NCBI GenBank assembly: GCA_018401735.1
Contig: JAGYKI010000012.1
Location: 6,683-70,682, forward strand
Reading direction: 5' to 3'
Source of the DNA: Schleiferiaceae bacterium
GTDB lineage: Bacteria; Bacteroidota; Bacteroidia; Flavobacteriales; Schleiferiaceae
DNA length: 64,000 bases
Position numbers and translations under genes: made by a program. Below the pieces are notes generated by a model, which was not told the DNA's origin, did not search any database, and saw only the letters and a list, made by a program, of their open reading frames with translations. Below, one piece after another: positions 10,032 to 19,209 of this stretch. Position 1 is the first letter of the stretch. Every line of letters starts with the position of its first letter.

Positions 10032-10778
10032 ATGAAAAAATTAAGTATCTCATTCGCACTATTACTGTTCATTGCAGTTTCTCAACTAGCAGCGCAAGAC
10101 ACCTTTTCTATCGTCGCAGTTGATCCCAATACGGGTGAAGTAGGCAGTGCTGGGGCTTCTTGTGTGGATTTATTTGAGACAGAGCTTAACAGTGATGATT
10201 TTCTGGGCGAATTGTTTCCGGGAAAAGGCGCGATAAATAGCCAAGCCTATTACTTACCGGCCAATCAAAAGCTAGCGCGCGAGCAAATGCAAGCTGGTAA
10301 AAATGCCAAAGAAATAATCGAATGGTTAAAAACTCACGATGCCGTAAACAAACCTTTTTATCGCCAATATGGGATAGTAAGTATGTCTGGATCTGAGATT
10401 TTTTCTGCCGCCTATACGGGCGATAGCACCGATTCATTTACGGGGCATATTACTGGTCCTAATTATAGTATTCAGGGCAATATTTTATTGAATGAGGAAG
10501 TTCTTAAGTCCATGGAAAAGGCTTTTTTAGAAACTGAAGGTGAATTATCCTGTAGGCTAATGGCGGCATTACAAGGAGCGAATGTGGTGGGTGCCGATCG
10601 ACGCTGCTCCAACAATAAAAGTTCCTCCCTTTTTGCCTTTTTAAAAGTAGCCCAAACAGAAGATTCATTTGGTGAGCCTTCCCTGCTACTTTCGGTGCGA
10701 ACCCGCTCAGGTGACTCAATTGAACCTATTGATTCTTTGCAAATATTATTTAATGAGGCTTTGTATGCATGTCCATAG
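10032..10778 (+). CDS. DUF1028 family (Ntn-hydrolase-like) exported protein
   Basis: Signal peptide, then DTFSIVAVD; RQYGIV; YSIQGNIL. Confidence 0.88.
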   Translation: MKKLSISFALLLFIAVSQLAAQDTFSIVAVDPNTGEVGSAGASCVDLFETELNSDDFLGELFPGKGAINSQAYYLPANQKLAREQMQAGKNAKEIIEWLKTHDAVNKPFYRQYGIVSMSGSEIFSAAYTGDSTDSFTGHITGPNYSIQGNILLNEEVLKSMEKAFLETEGELSCRLMAALQGANVVGADRRCSNNKSSSLFAFLKVAQTEDSFGEPSLLLSVRTRSGDSIEPIDSLQILFNEALYACP

Positions 10779-10806
10779 CTTTCGCTAGATGCGCAAAAGA
10801 AGCAAT

Positions 10807-11203
10807 ATGAGGCGAAAACGAAGAAACTATTTTGTTATTTTCTGCGGAGTAATTGGCTTGGGTCTAGCTTCGCGCAGCCCTTGGGTGCCTACCTTAATTT
10901 ACCCATACTTTAGGAGATGCGCTATATGCAGTTATGATGTATTTTCTATTGGCTTTTATTTATCCCAATAAAGCGCCAAGGTTTCTTTTTTATCTAAGCT
11001 TAAGCATCTGTATAGGAATTGAATTGTTACAGCTCTACCAAGCCCCGTGGATTAATGATCTGCGAAAGCAAAAATTAATTGCGCTGGTTTTAGGCTCTGG
11101 CTTTCTTTGGAGTGATGTGATTGCCTATATAATTGGTTCCTTTTCAGGATTGATAATTCAGAGAAAATATTTGCAATTAATTCTCAATAAAAAGGGAAGT
11201 TGA
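10807..11203 (+). pseudogene. DUF2809 family membrane protein with a single +1 frameshift
   Basis: Removing one T at about 10909-10911 joins LGLASRSPWVPTLIYPY to LGDALYAVMMYF...IELLQLYQAPW...LVLGSGFLWSD. Confidence 0.8.
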
Positions 11204-11216
11204 ATTATTTAAACCA

Positions 11217-11546
11217 CTAATAAGTCATTTTAAAGATCTTCTTCTCCAAAATTTTACCGTCAACTTTGTAAAGACGCAGAATATACATTCCGAAATCTAG
11301 CTGGGGCAGGTAAACCCGATAAATACCTGTTGTAGGATTGAGACTCTCCTCTGCTACCAAATCACCATTAAAATTAACGATTTGGTATTTATTCACTCTT
11401 TCTTCGGCTATATAGAAATCGACATAAAAGGGATTGAGACAAACCACTACCTTTTCACTTTTGCTGAGTGCCTCGGCATCGATATTTGTTCCATCTGCTA
11501 AAACTCTTAAGCTTACCGCCTTGCGATAACCGAATGTAAGGTTCAT
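11217..11546 (-). CDS. Orphan T9SS type-A C-terminal domain, probably a gene remnant
   Basis: VCLNPF...YQIVNFNGDLV...LDFGMYILRL...KKIFK resembles a CTD. There is no signal peptide or cargo domain. Confidence 0.45.
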   Translation of the reverse strand: MNLTFGYRKAVSLRVLADGTNIDAEALSKSEKVVVCLNPFYVDFYIAEERVNKYQIVNFNGDLVAEESLNPTTGIYRVYLPQLDFGMYILRLYKVDGKILEKKIFKMTY

Positions 11547-11810
11547 TGGCTCTCGGTTCTCGCCTCTCTCAATCCCTCTCTAGTCTTGCCATCGAGATGT
11601 CGCACCTACGGCGCTTGGCTTCCTGACCATTGAATGATACTATCGAGATGTCGCACCTCTGGTGCTTTTCGCTACTCCTACCATTCAAACATCCCAACTC
11701 CAAACATTCAAACCTTCAAAAAACCGCAAATCCCAACTCCCCCGCATCCCCTCTTCGGTTCTCGGTTCTTGGCTCAGCCTCTCTCAAACCTCGGCTCTTG
11801 TGTCTCTCGA
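11547..11810. repeat. Strand-skewed degenerate 7-mer (CTCGGTT-like) and 8-mer (CATTCAAA-like) repeat tract
   Basis: tctcggttctcgcctctctc at 11551; ccattcaaacatcccaactccaaacattcaaaccttcaaa at 11681; cggttctcggttcttggctc at 11756. Confidence 0.65.
11591..11666 (+). repeat. REP-like doublet: two 25-bp direct copies 51 bp apart
   Basis: atcgagatgtcgcacctacggcgct (11591-11615) and atcgagatgtcgcacctctggtgct (11642-11666), each ending in a short gcacc-NNN-gg(c/t)gc hairpin. Confidence 0.65.
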
Positions 11811-12132
11811 TCTATACTAAGCCGGCCAGGTTATGATTTCGATGAATTAAAAGTATATCGTTGAGATATTGTAGATCGTAAACACTTAAGCCCATATAAT
11901 ATGGAAATAACTGAATTTCCAATATTATAGTAATTAGTAATAAAACAAATAGAGGGTAACGTATGGTTTATATTTAGAAAAAACAACAAAAATGATCTTA
12001 TATCCTCTCAGGCTGTAAGCTTAAAACTTTGAAATATAAGCTCGTATCTAAGTTCCTAGAACTGCCGAATGTCGTCAGCTATATCTTTCCGTCTTTAGGT
12101 AAAAAAGATATTTCCCTTGTTCATTTAGTCCT

Positions 12133-12184
12133 TCACCGACAATAATCTATTTTCTAACGACAAAACGGTACAACTCATCGAAAA
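12133..12184 (+). promoter_or_regulatory. Three direct repeats at exact 21-bp period (LytTR-type operator candidate)
   Basis: tcaccgacaa, ctaacgacaa and tcatcgaaaa, with CGA cores at 12137, 12158 and 12179. Confidence 0.45.
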
Positions 12185-12246
12185 GTGACTTCTATCAGCA
12201 AAAAATATTCGAATTTTGCCGAAATTTGTTTAAAGTCCCCACTCTT

Positions 12247-14256
12247 ATGAAAGCCCCACTTTACCTAAGCATTCTAGTGATAGCCTTTAGTGCTTGTAAA
12301 AAAGATGACGATTCTTCCAACACCGCGAATCCTATCCCTAGCGACATCAAAGAATTAAATATTCCCGCTAGTTTCAATTTCGAAACCGATCAAACTATAA
12401 ATGCAAGCATTAGCGTAAAAAGCTTATCGGATAATGACTTAGCAGGAGTGAAAATTAACTTTTACACGAATCACCCCGATTCTAACGGTGTGCTGCTGAG
12501 TAGCGGCTTTACCAATGCCAACGGAGTATTAGCAACAGAAGTAGCTCTTCCTGCTTATCTAAACCACCTTTACGTAGAAGCGGGCGCAGTAGGCTTTGCC
12601 AATATTCAAAAGCTCGCTGTTTCAACTAACCTTAGTGCACAATTCGGTGGTACTTTACCACCAAGGACTTTTAAGACTCAAAAAACTAATGCAACCCGAA
12701 TTCCGATTAGCGGAAAATACTATTACATGGGGGCTTTTAATGAAGGAAAATACAAAGGTTTGCCTCTTTACCTCGAAAACCCAGGTGATGTGGTAAGCCA
12801 AGAGTTTTTAGATGATGTAAATGCTTCGCTTCCCGAAGATCGTCCAGTACCCGTGCACAATCCACAATACCTAACCTCTGGTAATGAACTGGATGTTAAG
12901 GTTACAGCCATGAGTGATGTTTGGATTACCTTCATTGGTGAAGGCGCTGGTTATAAAAACTCTCTAGGCTATTACGTTTACGATTCAAATAATCCGCCTG
13001 CCACGGCTAATGATATAGATTCCGTCTTTATCATCCTGCCCAATGCTTCTTTAGCTTATAGCTCAGGTGAATTATACGCTGGAGACAAAGTTAAACTAGG
13101 CACCTTCCCTGCCGGCAAATCTATCAGTTGGGTTTTGTTTCAGAATGCATGGGACGGGACGAATGTTAATGTAAATGCCACTAAATTTTATTCTCGCAGC
13201 GATTTAAATACAAGTGAGAGTGACCCAACTAAACGCCAACATACCGTGCAGCTTTCTGATATCGGTCGTCAGCTTTTATTAAATGGCTTCGAAGATCAAA
13301 CCCGCTCTATTAGCAGTGATAATGATTTTAATGATCTTATTTTTTACGTTTCGGCAAATCCTTGGTCAGCTATTGAAACGGGCAATGTTCCTCCGGTAAC
13401 TCCCGAAGCCGACGACGATGGCGATGGGGTGTCCAACGAAAGTGATGCCTTCCCCAATGATCCGAATCGCGCCGTAATTAATAATTTCAGTGGTACTCTA
13501 GCTTACGAAGATTTATGGCCTTCACAAGGGGATTATGACTTTAATGATATGGTTATCGACTATGATATAGATCACATCGTAAATGGCAATAATGATATTG
13601 TAGATATTGAGGCAGATTGGACGGTTCGTGCCGTTGGCGCTGGTTTTGAAAATGGCTTTGGTTTTCAATTTAGCAATATAGATGATGCTAATATTAATGC
13701 CGTAAGTGGACAGAGCTTACAAGAAAACCTGGTAAGTACTAATGCCAATGGTACCGAAGCAAATCAGAATTCGGCTACAATTATTGCTTTTGATAATGTT
13801 TATAAAGTAATTCCTGCCTCGGGTTCCAGTTTCATTAATACCGTACCCGGACAAAGTACGGTAGCACCGGTAACGCTGAGCAATGTCATTAACTTTAGTA
13901 CACCTCAAAGCCTTGCTAATGTTGGACTACCACCTTATAATGCCTTTATATTCGCCAATGCTACTCGTGGTAGAGAAATTCATCTTCCTGGTTATGCCCC
14001 CACTAGCTTAGCTGATGCTAGTCTTTTTGGCAGCGGTGCCGATGCTACCAATCCAGCAAATGAATATTACTATAAAACGAGTTCCGGCTTGCCTTGGGGA
14101 ATAAATATTACGGAACAGTTTAATTACCCTATAGAGTTTAGCCCTATCAATCAGGCCTATCTAAATTTCTCTACTTGGGCTACTTCTGGCGGAACTTTAA
14201 ATACTAACTGGTTTACTGATGCCCCTGGGAATTTAGATCCGGCTTTTATTTATTAA
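12247..14256 (+). CDS. LruC/DUF4842 domain lipoprotein
   Basis: Lipobox FSAC; GFEDQTR...DNDFNDLIF; LAYEDLWPSQGDYDFNDMV; GLPWG...AYLNFSTWATSGG. Confidence 0.88.
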   Translation: MKAPLYLSILVIAFSACKKDDDSSNTANPIPSDIKELNIPASFNFETDQTINASISVKSLSDNDLAGVKINFYTNHPDSNGVLLSSGFTNANGVLATEVALPAYLNHLYVEAGAVGFANIQKLAVSTNLSAQFGGTLPPRTFKTQKTNATRIPISGKYYYMGAFNEGKYKGLPLYLENPGDVVSQEFLDDVNASLPEDRPVPVHNPQYLTSGNELDVKVTAMSDVWITFIGEGAGYKNSLGYYVYDSNNPPATANDIDSVFIILPNASLAYSSGELYAGDKVKLGTFPAGKSISWVLFQNAWDGTNVNVNATKFYSRSDLNTSESDPTKRQHTVQLSDIGRQLLLNGFEDQTRSISSDNDFNDLIFYVSANPWSAIETGNVPPVTPEADDDGDGVSNESDAFPNDPNRAVINNFSGTLAYEDLWPSQGDYDFNDMVIDYDIDHIVNGNNDIVDIEADWTVRAVGAGFENGFGFQFSNIDDANINAVSGQSLQENLVSTNANGTEANQNSATIIAFDNVYKVIPASGSSFINTVPGQSTVAPVTLSNVINFSTPQSLANVGLPPYNAFIFANATRGREIHLPGYAPTSLADASLFGSGADATNPANEYYYKTSSGLPWGINITEQFNYPIEFSPINQAYLNFSTWATSGGTLNTNWFTDAPGNLDPAFIY

Positions 14257-14277
14257 ACACTTTTGTTGAGATACATG

Positions 14278-14314
14278 AAAGCGGCTAATTGCAAATTGAT
14301 TAGCCGCTTTTTTT
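14278..14314 (+). terminator. Rho-independent terminator
   Basis: aaagcggctaat-tgcaaattg-attagccgcttttttt. Confidence 0.8.
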
Positions 14315-14400
14315 ATTTCCGCATTTTGTGCTGCTCCTTCCCCAAATTGTGAAATTCAAGCTTTCTTGAATTTGTACTATTGCATTAGAATTTAAAAGGA

Positions 14401-15309
14401 ATGGCAACAAATATCATCGAGTTCAAAACCATTAGTCAATTACACCAACAATTGGGTTTGGCGGAACCCAAGCATCCCCTTATTACCGTTATCGACGCGG
14501 CAGAAATGGAAATCAGCGATCAATATGTAGGCTTGCAAATGATGAGCGATTTCTACATGATTTCCATGAAAGATAAAAGCTGTGGTTTAGAATATGGCCG
14601 CAATAGCTTCGATTTTGCAGAGGGAGTCTTGGTTTTTAGTGCCCCCAAGCAGTTAAGCACCATTACCAACACTATTAACAAAGGCGATGTTAGCGGTTGG
14701 ATGCTCTTCTTTCACCCTGATCTTATTCGGGGCAGCCATTTACAGGAGAACATTAAAGACTTTAACTTCTTTAATTATGAAGTATTCGAAGCTCTCCACC
14801 TTTCGAGCGATGAAGAAAAGATTGTTAACCATTGCATTCGCGATATCAAAAACGAATACGAACAACGCATCGATAATCATAGCCGCCGAGTTTTAGTGTC
14901 TTTTATCGATCTACTATTAAGTCATAGCCTGCGTTTTTACGAAAGACAGTTTAATACGCGTAGTACCCAAAACCAAGACTTAGTACAGCAGTTTCAAAGT
15001 GACTTAGAGGCCTATTTTAAGGAAGAAAAACATCTCGATTTAGGCGCTCCAAGTATTGCTTACTTTGCCGAAAAAGCTGCTCTTTCCCAGCATTACTTTA
15101 GCGACCTTCTTAAAAAAGAAAGCGGCAGAGCGGCAAAAGATCACATCAACGACTTTATCATTGAAAAAGCCAAAGACCAATTGCGCAATACCAGAAATCC
15201 CATTAGTACTGTGGCTTACGAGCTTGGTTTCAATTACCCCCACTACTTCACCCGTTTATTTAAATCTAAAACCGGCCAAACGCCCCTCGAGTTTCGAAAC
15301 TTAAACTAG
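14401..15309 (+). CDS. AraC-family transcriptional regulator
   Basis: C-terminal double HTH (ISTVAYELGFNYPHYFTRLFKSKTGQTPLEFR). Confidence 0.93.
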   Translation: MATNIIEFKTISQLHQQLGLAEPKHPLITVIDAAEMEISDQYVGLQMMSDFYMISMKDKSCGLEYGRNSFDFAEGVLVFSAPKQLSTITNTINKGDVSGWMLFFHPDLIRGSHLQENIKDFNFFNYEVFEALHLSSDEEKIVNHCIRDIKNEYEQRIDNHSRRVLVSFIDLLLSHSLRFYERQFNTRSTQNQDLVQQFQSDLEAYFKEEKHLDLGAPSIAYFAEKAALSQHYFSDLLKKESGRAAKDHINDFIIEKAKDQLRNTRNPISTVAYELGFNYPHYFTRLFKSKTGQTPLEFRNLN

Positions 15310-15441
15310 AGGTATTACTAAACAAATCTGCGCAAGCCAAAAATAGAAAAGGTGCGATGCCATTTTTGTGTTAGTCTTTCCGCACTTTGTGTACTTTTCT
15401 CCACTTAAATAAAGTCACCTTTGCATCATAAATAAAAAAAT

Positions 15442-16500
15442 ATGACTACCATAGACCCTAAAAAACCCGTATTAGTAACTGGAGCCACTGGCTATGTGGC
15501 CGCTTGGTTAATCAAAAGATTACTCGACGAAGGCATTACCGTACACGCTGCGGTAAGAAATCCCGATAGTAAAAAGAAAACCGCTCACCTCGATGCTTTA
15601 GCGGCTAATTCGCCCGGCATCATACGATATTTCAAAAGCGACTTATTAGACATGGGCTCTTACGAGGCTGCCATGGAAGGTTGCGAGTTGGTTTATCACA
15701 CGGCCTCCCCTTTCACCTCAGATTTTAAGGATGCCCAAAAAGATCTAATTGATCCCGCCCAAAAAGGAACCGCTAATGTTTTAGAGAGCGCTAAAAAAGT
15801 GGCCGGCGTTAAGCGCGTGGTAGTTACCAGTAGCTGTGCCGCTATTTACACCGATGCCATCGATTGCACAAATGCACCCAATGGTATTATCACCGAAGAA
15901 ATTTGGAATACCACCGCCTCTTTAGAATATCAGCCTTATTCTTACTCCAAAACTGTCGCCGAGCAAAAGGCCTGGGAAATTGCTAAAAGTCAGTCACAGT
16001 GGGATCTTGTAACCATCAACCCTTCCTTTGTGATGGGACCACCTTTAAATCCACAGGCCACTACCTCCGAAAGTTTTAGCATCCTCAAACAAATGGGCGA
16101 TGGTACTTTTAAAACGGGTGCGCCCAAGCTGGGAATCGGTGTGGTAGATGTTCGCGATGTGGCCGAAGCGCATTATCAAGCGGGCTTTAACCCGGCCGCG
16201 CACGGACGTTATATCACTTCCGCGCACAATACCAATTTCTTAGAAATGTCGCTGGCCTTAAAAGATAAATTTGGGGCAAAATTCCCCATTGCCAAATCTG
16301 CGGCGCCCAAATGGTTATTAATGTTGGTGGGACCTTTTATCAATAAAACTCTCAGCCGCAAGTTTTTACGCAATAATGTAAATGTGGCTTTTAATGCCGA
16401 TAACTCCAAAATTAAAAAAGAACTGGGCCTTAAATTCCGTCCGCTACAGCAGACCATGGAAGACGGTTTTCAAGTTTTGGTGGACGAGAAAATAGTCTAG
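15442..16500 (+). CDS. NAD-dependent epimerase/dehydratase (aldehyde-reductase-like extended SDR)
   Basis: VLVTGATGYVA; HTASP; YSYSK catalytic motif. Confidence 0.9.
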   Translation: MTTIDPKKPVLVTGATGYVAAWLIKRLLDEGITVHAAVRNPDSKKKTAHLDALAANSPGIIRYFKSDLLDMGSYEAAMEGCELVYHTASPFTSDFKDAQKDLIDPAQKGTANVLESAKKVAGVKRVVVTSSCAAIYTDAIDCTNAPNGIITEEIWNTTASLEYQPYSYSKTVAEQKAWEIAKSQSQWDLVTINPSFVMGPPLNPQATTSESFSILKQMGDGTFKTGAPKLGIGVVDVRDVAEAHYQAGFNPAAHGRYITSAHNTNFLEMSLALKDKFGAKFPIAKSAAPKWLLMLVGPFINKTLSRKFLRNNVNVAFNADNSKIKKELGLKFRPLQQTMEDGFQVLVDEKIV

Positions 16501-16521
16501 TCCTTATATCTTACCTCCCAG

Positions 16522-16556
16522 AGACCTGTTCGCCTAAAGTGTTCAGGTCTTTTTTT
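16522..16556 (+). terminator. Rho-independent terminator
   Basis: agacctg...caggtct followed by a T-run. Confidence 0.6.
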
Positions 16557-16640
16557 GGGCCTTACCCTCCGGGTCGGGCTTTACGCTCCAAGTCCTCGCT
16601 CGTACCTCGCTGTGGGCTTTACGCTGCAATCCCTAAGGCG
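16557..16640 (+). ncRNA. Flavo-1-like structured RNA/repeat, copy 1
   Basis: 84 bp, 78/84 identical to 24049-24132. The gggtcgggct...gtcctcgct...gggcttt...atccct pattern recalls the Flavo-1 motif (from memory, not searched). Confidence 0.55.
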
Positions 16641-16739
16641 GGGTTTTCGTTTGGGAAACAAAAGCTCGTCATAAAATTATGACGCTGAACAGCTCTCTTT
16701 GCTAAATTTATATCTTTCATTATCAAACACTAAGCTGTC

Positions 16740-16829
16740 TTATTTAGAAAGTTTTTAAATAAGGCTTGCCCATTTTAACAAGGGATTTTAGATTTGCAGC
16801 ATCATACTATTTTAATTAAATCTAAATAA
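16740..16829 (+). promoter_or_regulatory. Two Fur-box-like palindromes flanking a Bacteroidota -33/-7 promoter
   Basis: ttatttagaaagtttttaaataa (16740-16762) and tattttaattaaatctaaataa (16808-16829); TTG at 16766-16768 and TAGATTTG at 16789-16796. Confidence 0.7.
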
Positions 16830-16834
16830 GCATA

Positions 16835-18070
16835 ATGCGTAAATCTCTGCCCTTACTCTCGGCTTTAACTCTTGGTTTTGTCTTTTTTTCCAGTTGCGAA
16901 AAAGAAGAAACTAGCACGTCGAATCCCAGTCCATCTCTTACTGCTCCTACTTTCTACAATTTTGAAAGAAACAATGCCAGCAGCGTTAATTTTTCGGGCC
17001 AAAGCGAACGCCTCGCCATGGGCGCAGAACTCAGTGCGGCCCTGCTCGACTTTTCTAAATCTGCGCAAGATTTACAAGAAATGTTTGCGAACGCCGACTC
17101 TCTCGGTAATGATGTAAACCCTTATTCGGCTGCCGCCCTTAATGCCTCCAGCAAAAGCATCCGTTCTAAGGTGGCGGCCTCTTATGAACTTTTCAGCGCC
17201 AATACCGCTCTTAGTGCCCGCATTAAAGCAGATATGGAATCTTTTATCGATTTACAGGTAGCCGAGATATATTCTACTCGTAATGAAGCTGCATCTGCTG
17301 GCAAAGCAGGACAAATTGCCGATGGTTCAGCTGTACGTTATGTAAACGCTCAAGGTTTCGAATACAATGAGTTCCTTATAAAATCTTTAATCGGTGCACT
17401 CTGTGTTGATCAAATGTTGAATCACTACCTCAGTCTCGCGGTTTTAGATGAAGCCAATAACCGCGAGGATAATGATAATGGCCTCCTTTTAGAAGGCACC
17501 AACTATACTAATATGGAGCACAAATGGGATGAAGCCTATGGCTATCTTTTTGGTCTAGCCGATGACCCTATAAATCCCTTGGTAAACCTAGGTGCAAATG
17601 ACGTCTTCCTTAATAAATACCTCGCAAGGGTTAATGGAGATTCTGACTTTAGTTCTTACGCCCAAGATATTTTCAATGCCTTTAAATTAGGTCGAGCGGC
17701 TATTGTAGCGGGTGAATACGCCCTACGCGATCAACAAATTGCGATAATAAAAGACCGCGTTTCTAACATTATTGGCAACTTCTCGGTTTATTACTTACAA
17801 GCGGCTAAAAATGCTTTTGCTGCCAATCAACCTGGAACAGCCCTACACGATTTAGGGGAAGCCTATGGTTTTATTTATAGCCTAATGTTTACGCAAAATC
17901 CTAATACTCAAGCACCCTATTTTACCGCTCAAGAGGTGGAGAATATTTTAAGCGACCTAAGCAACCAAGGTTCAAATGGTTTTTGGGATTTAGACGCTGC
18001 CACGCTTGATAATTTATCCAACCAAATTGCCGACCGTTTCAGCTTTAGCCTAAACCAAGCTGCCAATTAA
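16835..18070 (+). CDS. DUF4856 domain lipoprotein
   Basis: Lipobox FSSC; APTFYNFERNNASSVNFSGQSER; MEHKWDEAYGY; FKLGRAAIV. Confidence 0.85.
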   Translation: MRKSLPLLSALTLGFVFFSSCEKEETSTSNPSPSLTAPTFYNFERNNASSVNFSGQSERLAMGAELSAALLDFSKSAQDLQEMFANADSLGNDVNPYSAAALNASSKSIRSKVAASYELFSANTALSARIKADMESFIDLQVAEIYSTRNEAASAGKAGQIADGSAVRYVNAQGFEYNEFLIKSLIGALCVDQMLNHYLSLAVLDEANNREDNDNGLLLEGTNYTNMEHKWDEAYGYLFGLADDPINPLVNLGANDVFLNKYLARVNGDSDFSSYAQDIFNAFKLGRAAIVAGEYALRDQQIAIIKDRVSNIIGNFSVYYLQAAKNAFAANQPGTALHDLGEAYGFIYSLMFTQNPNTQAPYFTAQEVENILSDLSNQGSNGFWDLDAATLDNLSNQIADRFSFSLNQAAN

Positions 18071-18084
18071 TTGTATTAATAAAG

Positions 18085-19209
18085 ATGCAAATGATGTATA
18101 GAAGAATGATGGGACGAATACTAAGCTTGTTCCTAGTGATGATGGTGAGTTTTGCATGTTCTAACGAGGAATCTGGCGACAGCCAAAACCAAGATAACTT
18201 TGATAGAGCTACCATGCTCGTGCACTGGGCCGACGATTATATTTTGCCTGCTTATCTAAATTACCAGCAGGAAGTAATCGCTTTAAAAAGTGCCGCTGCT
18301 CAGTTTAGCAGCGCTCCTAGCCTTAGTCTGCATACCAATTTGCACGCCCAATTTGTAAAAGCTTATACAGCTTGGCAGTGGGTTAGCTTTTTGGAAATCG
18401 GTCCCGCTGAAGCCTATAATCTGCGAAACTTCACGAATATCTACCCGACTAGCGCCACTGAAATTGAAGAAGCGCTAATAAATAGCAATTACAATCTCAG
18501 CCTCCCTTCTACTTTTAACGAACAAGGTTTCCCCGCTATCGACTATTTACTAAGTGGCTTTGGCGATGCTGCTACAACAGTGAACCAATTTAGCAGCAAT
18601 GCTGATTATGGGCGCTACCTAATTGCTTTGACCGAACGTTTGGAAACTATGAGTACGCAGGTCTTAAATGATTGGAATACAAGTTACCGCAGTGAATTTA
18701 TAAGCAACACCGGCTCTTCTGCTACTGCTTCCACTAATAAATTAATTAACGATTTTATTTTCCACTTCGAGAAAGAACTTAGGGCCGGAAAAGTAGGCAT
18801 TCCCGCGGGTGTATTTTCGGGTAGTCCCTTGCCGCAAAATGTGGAAGGCTATTACAGCGATAGCCTGAGCAAGTCACTGTTTAGGGAATCTTTAAAGGCC
18901 CACCGTGCCTTTTTTCAAGGGAATGGTTTCTTAAATAGGGCTTCAGGCAACAGCCTTGAGCAATATTTAAACTACCTGAATATCGAACATCAGAACGAGC
19001 TTTTAAGCGCTAGAATTAGTAATCAAATGGTGATGGCCGAAAGCTTGGCCAAGGATTTACCGGCAAGCTTTTCTTTGGTTGCCGCTAATTCCAATCAGGA
19101 TTTATTAGCCCTTTACGATGAGCTCCAAAAAGCGGTGGTTTTACTCAAGGTAGATATGCTACAGGCCCTCAATGTTCGCGTAGATTATATCGACGCCGAC
19201 GGCGATTAA
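18085..19209 (+). CDS. Imelysin-family lipoprotein
   Basis: Lipobox SFAC; AWQWVSFLEIGPA; QGFPAIDYLL; acidic tail DYIDADGD. Confidence 0.85.
   Translation: MQMMYRRMMGRILSLFLVMMVSFACSNEESGDSQNQDNFDRATMLVHWADDYILPAYLNYQQEVIALKSAAAQFSSAPSLSLHTNLHAQFVKAYTAWQWVSFLEIGPAEAYNLRNFTNIYPTSATEIEEALINSNYNLSLPSTFNEQGFPAIDYLLSGFGDAATTVNQFSSNADYGRYLIALTERLETMSTQVLNDWNTSYRSEFISNTGSSATASTNKLINDFIFHFEKELRAGKVGIPAGVFSGSPLPQNVEGYYSDSLSKSLFRESLKAHRAFFQGNGFLNRASGNSLEQYLNYLNIEHQNELLSARISNQMVMAESLAKDLPASFSLVAANSNQDLLALYDELQKAVVLLKVDMLQALNVRVDYIDADGD

Noticed and set aside
11591-11666. Possible mini-CRISPR (25-bp repeat, 26-bp spacer)
   Set aside because: Only two units, no cas genes or leader, and the hairpin is terminal as in REPs.
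11630-11864. Two overlapping Pro/Ser-rich ORFs
   Set aside because: By-products of the C-rich repeat tract.
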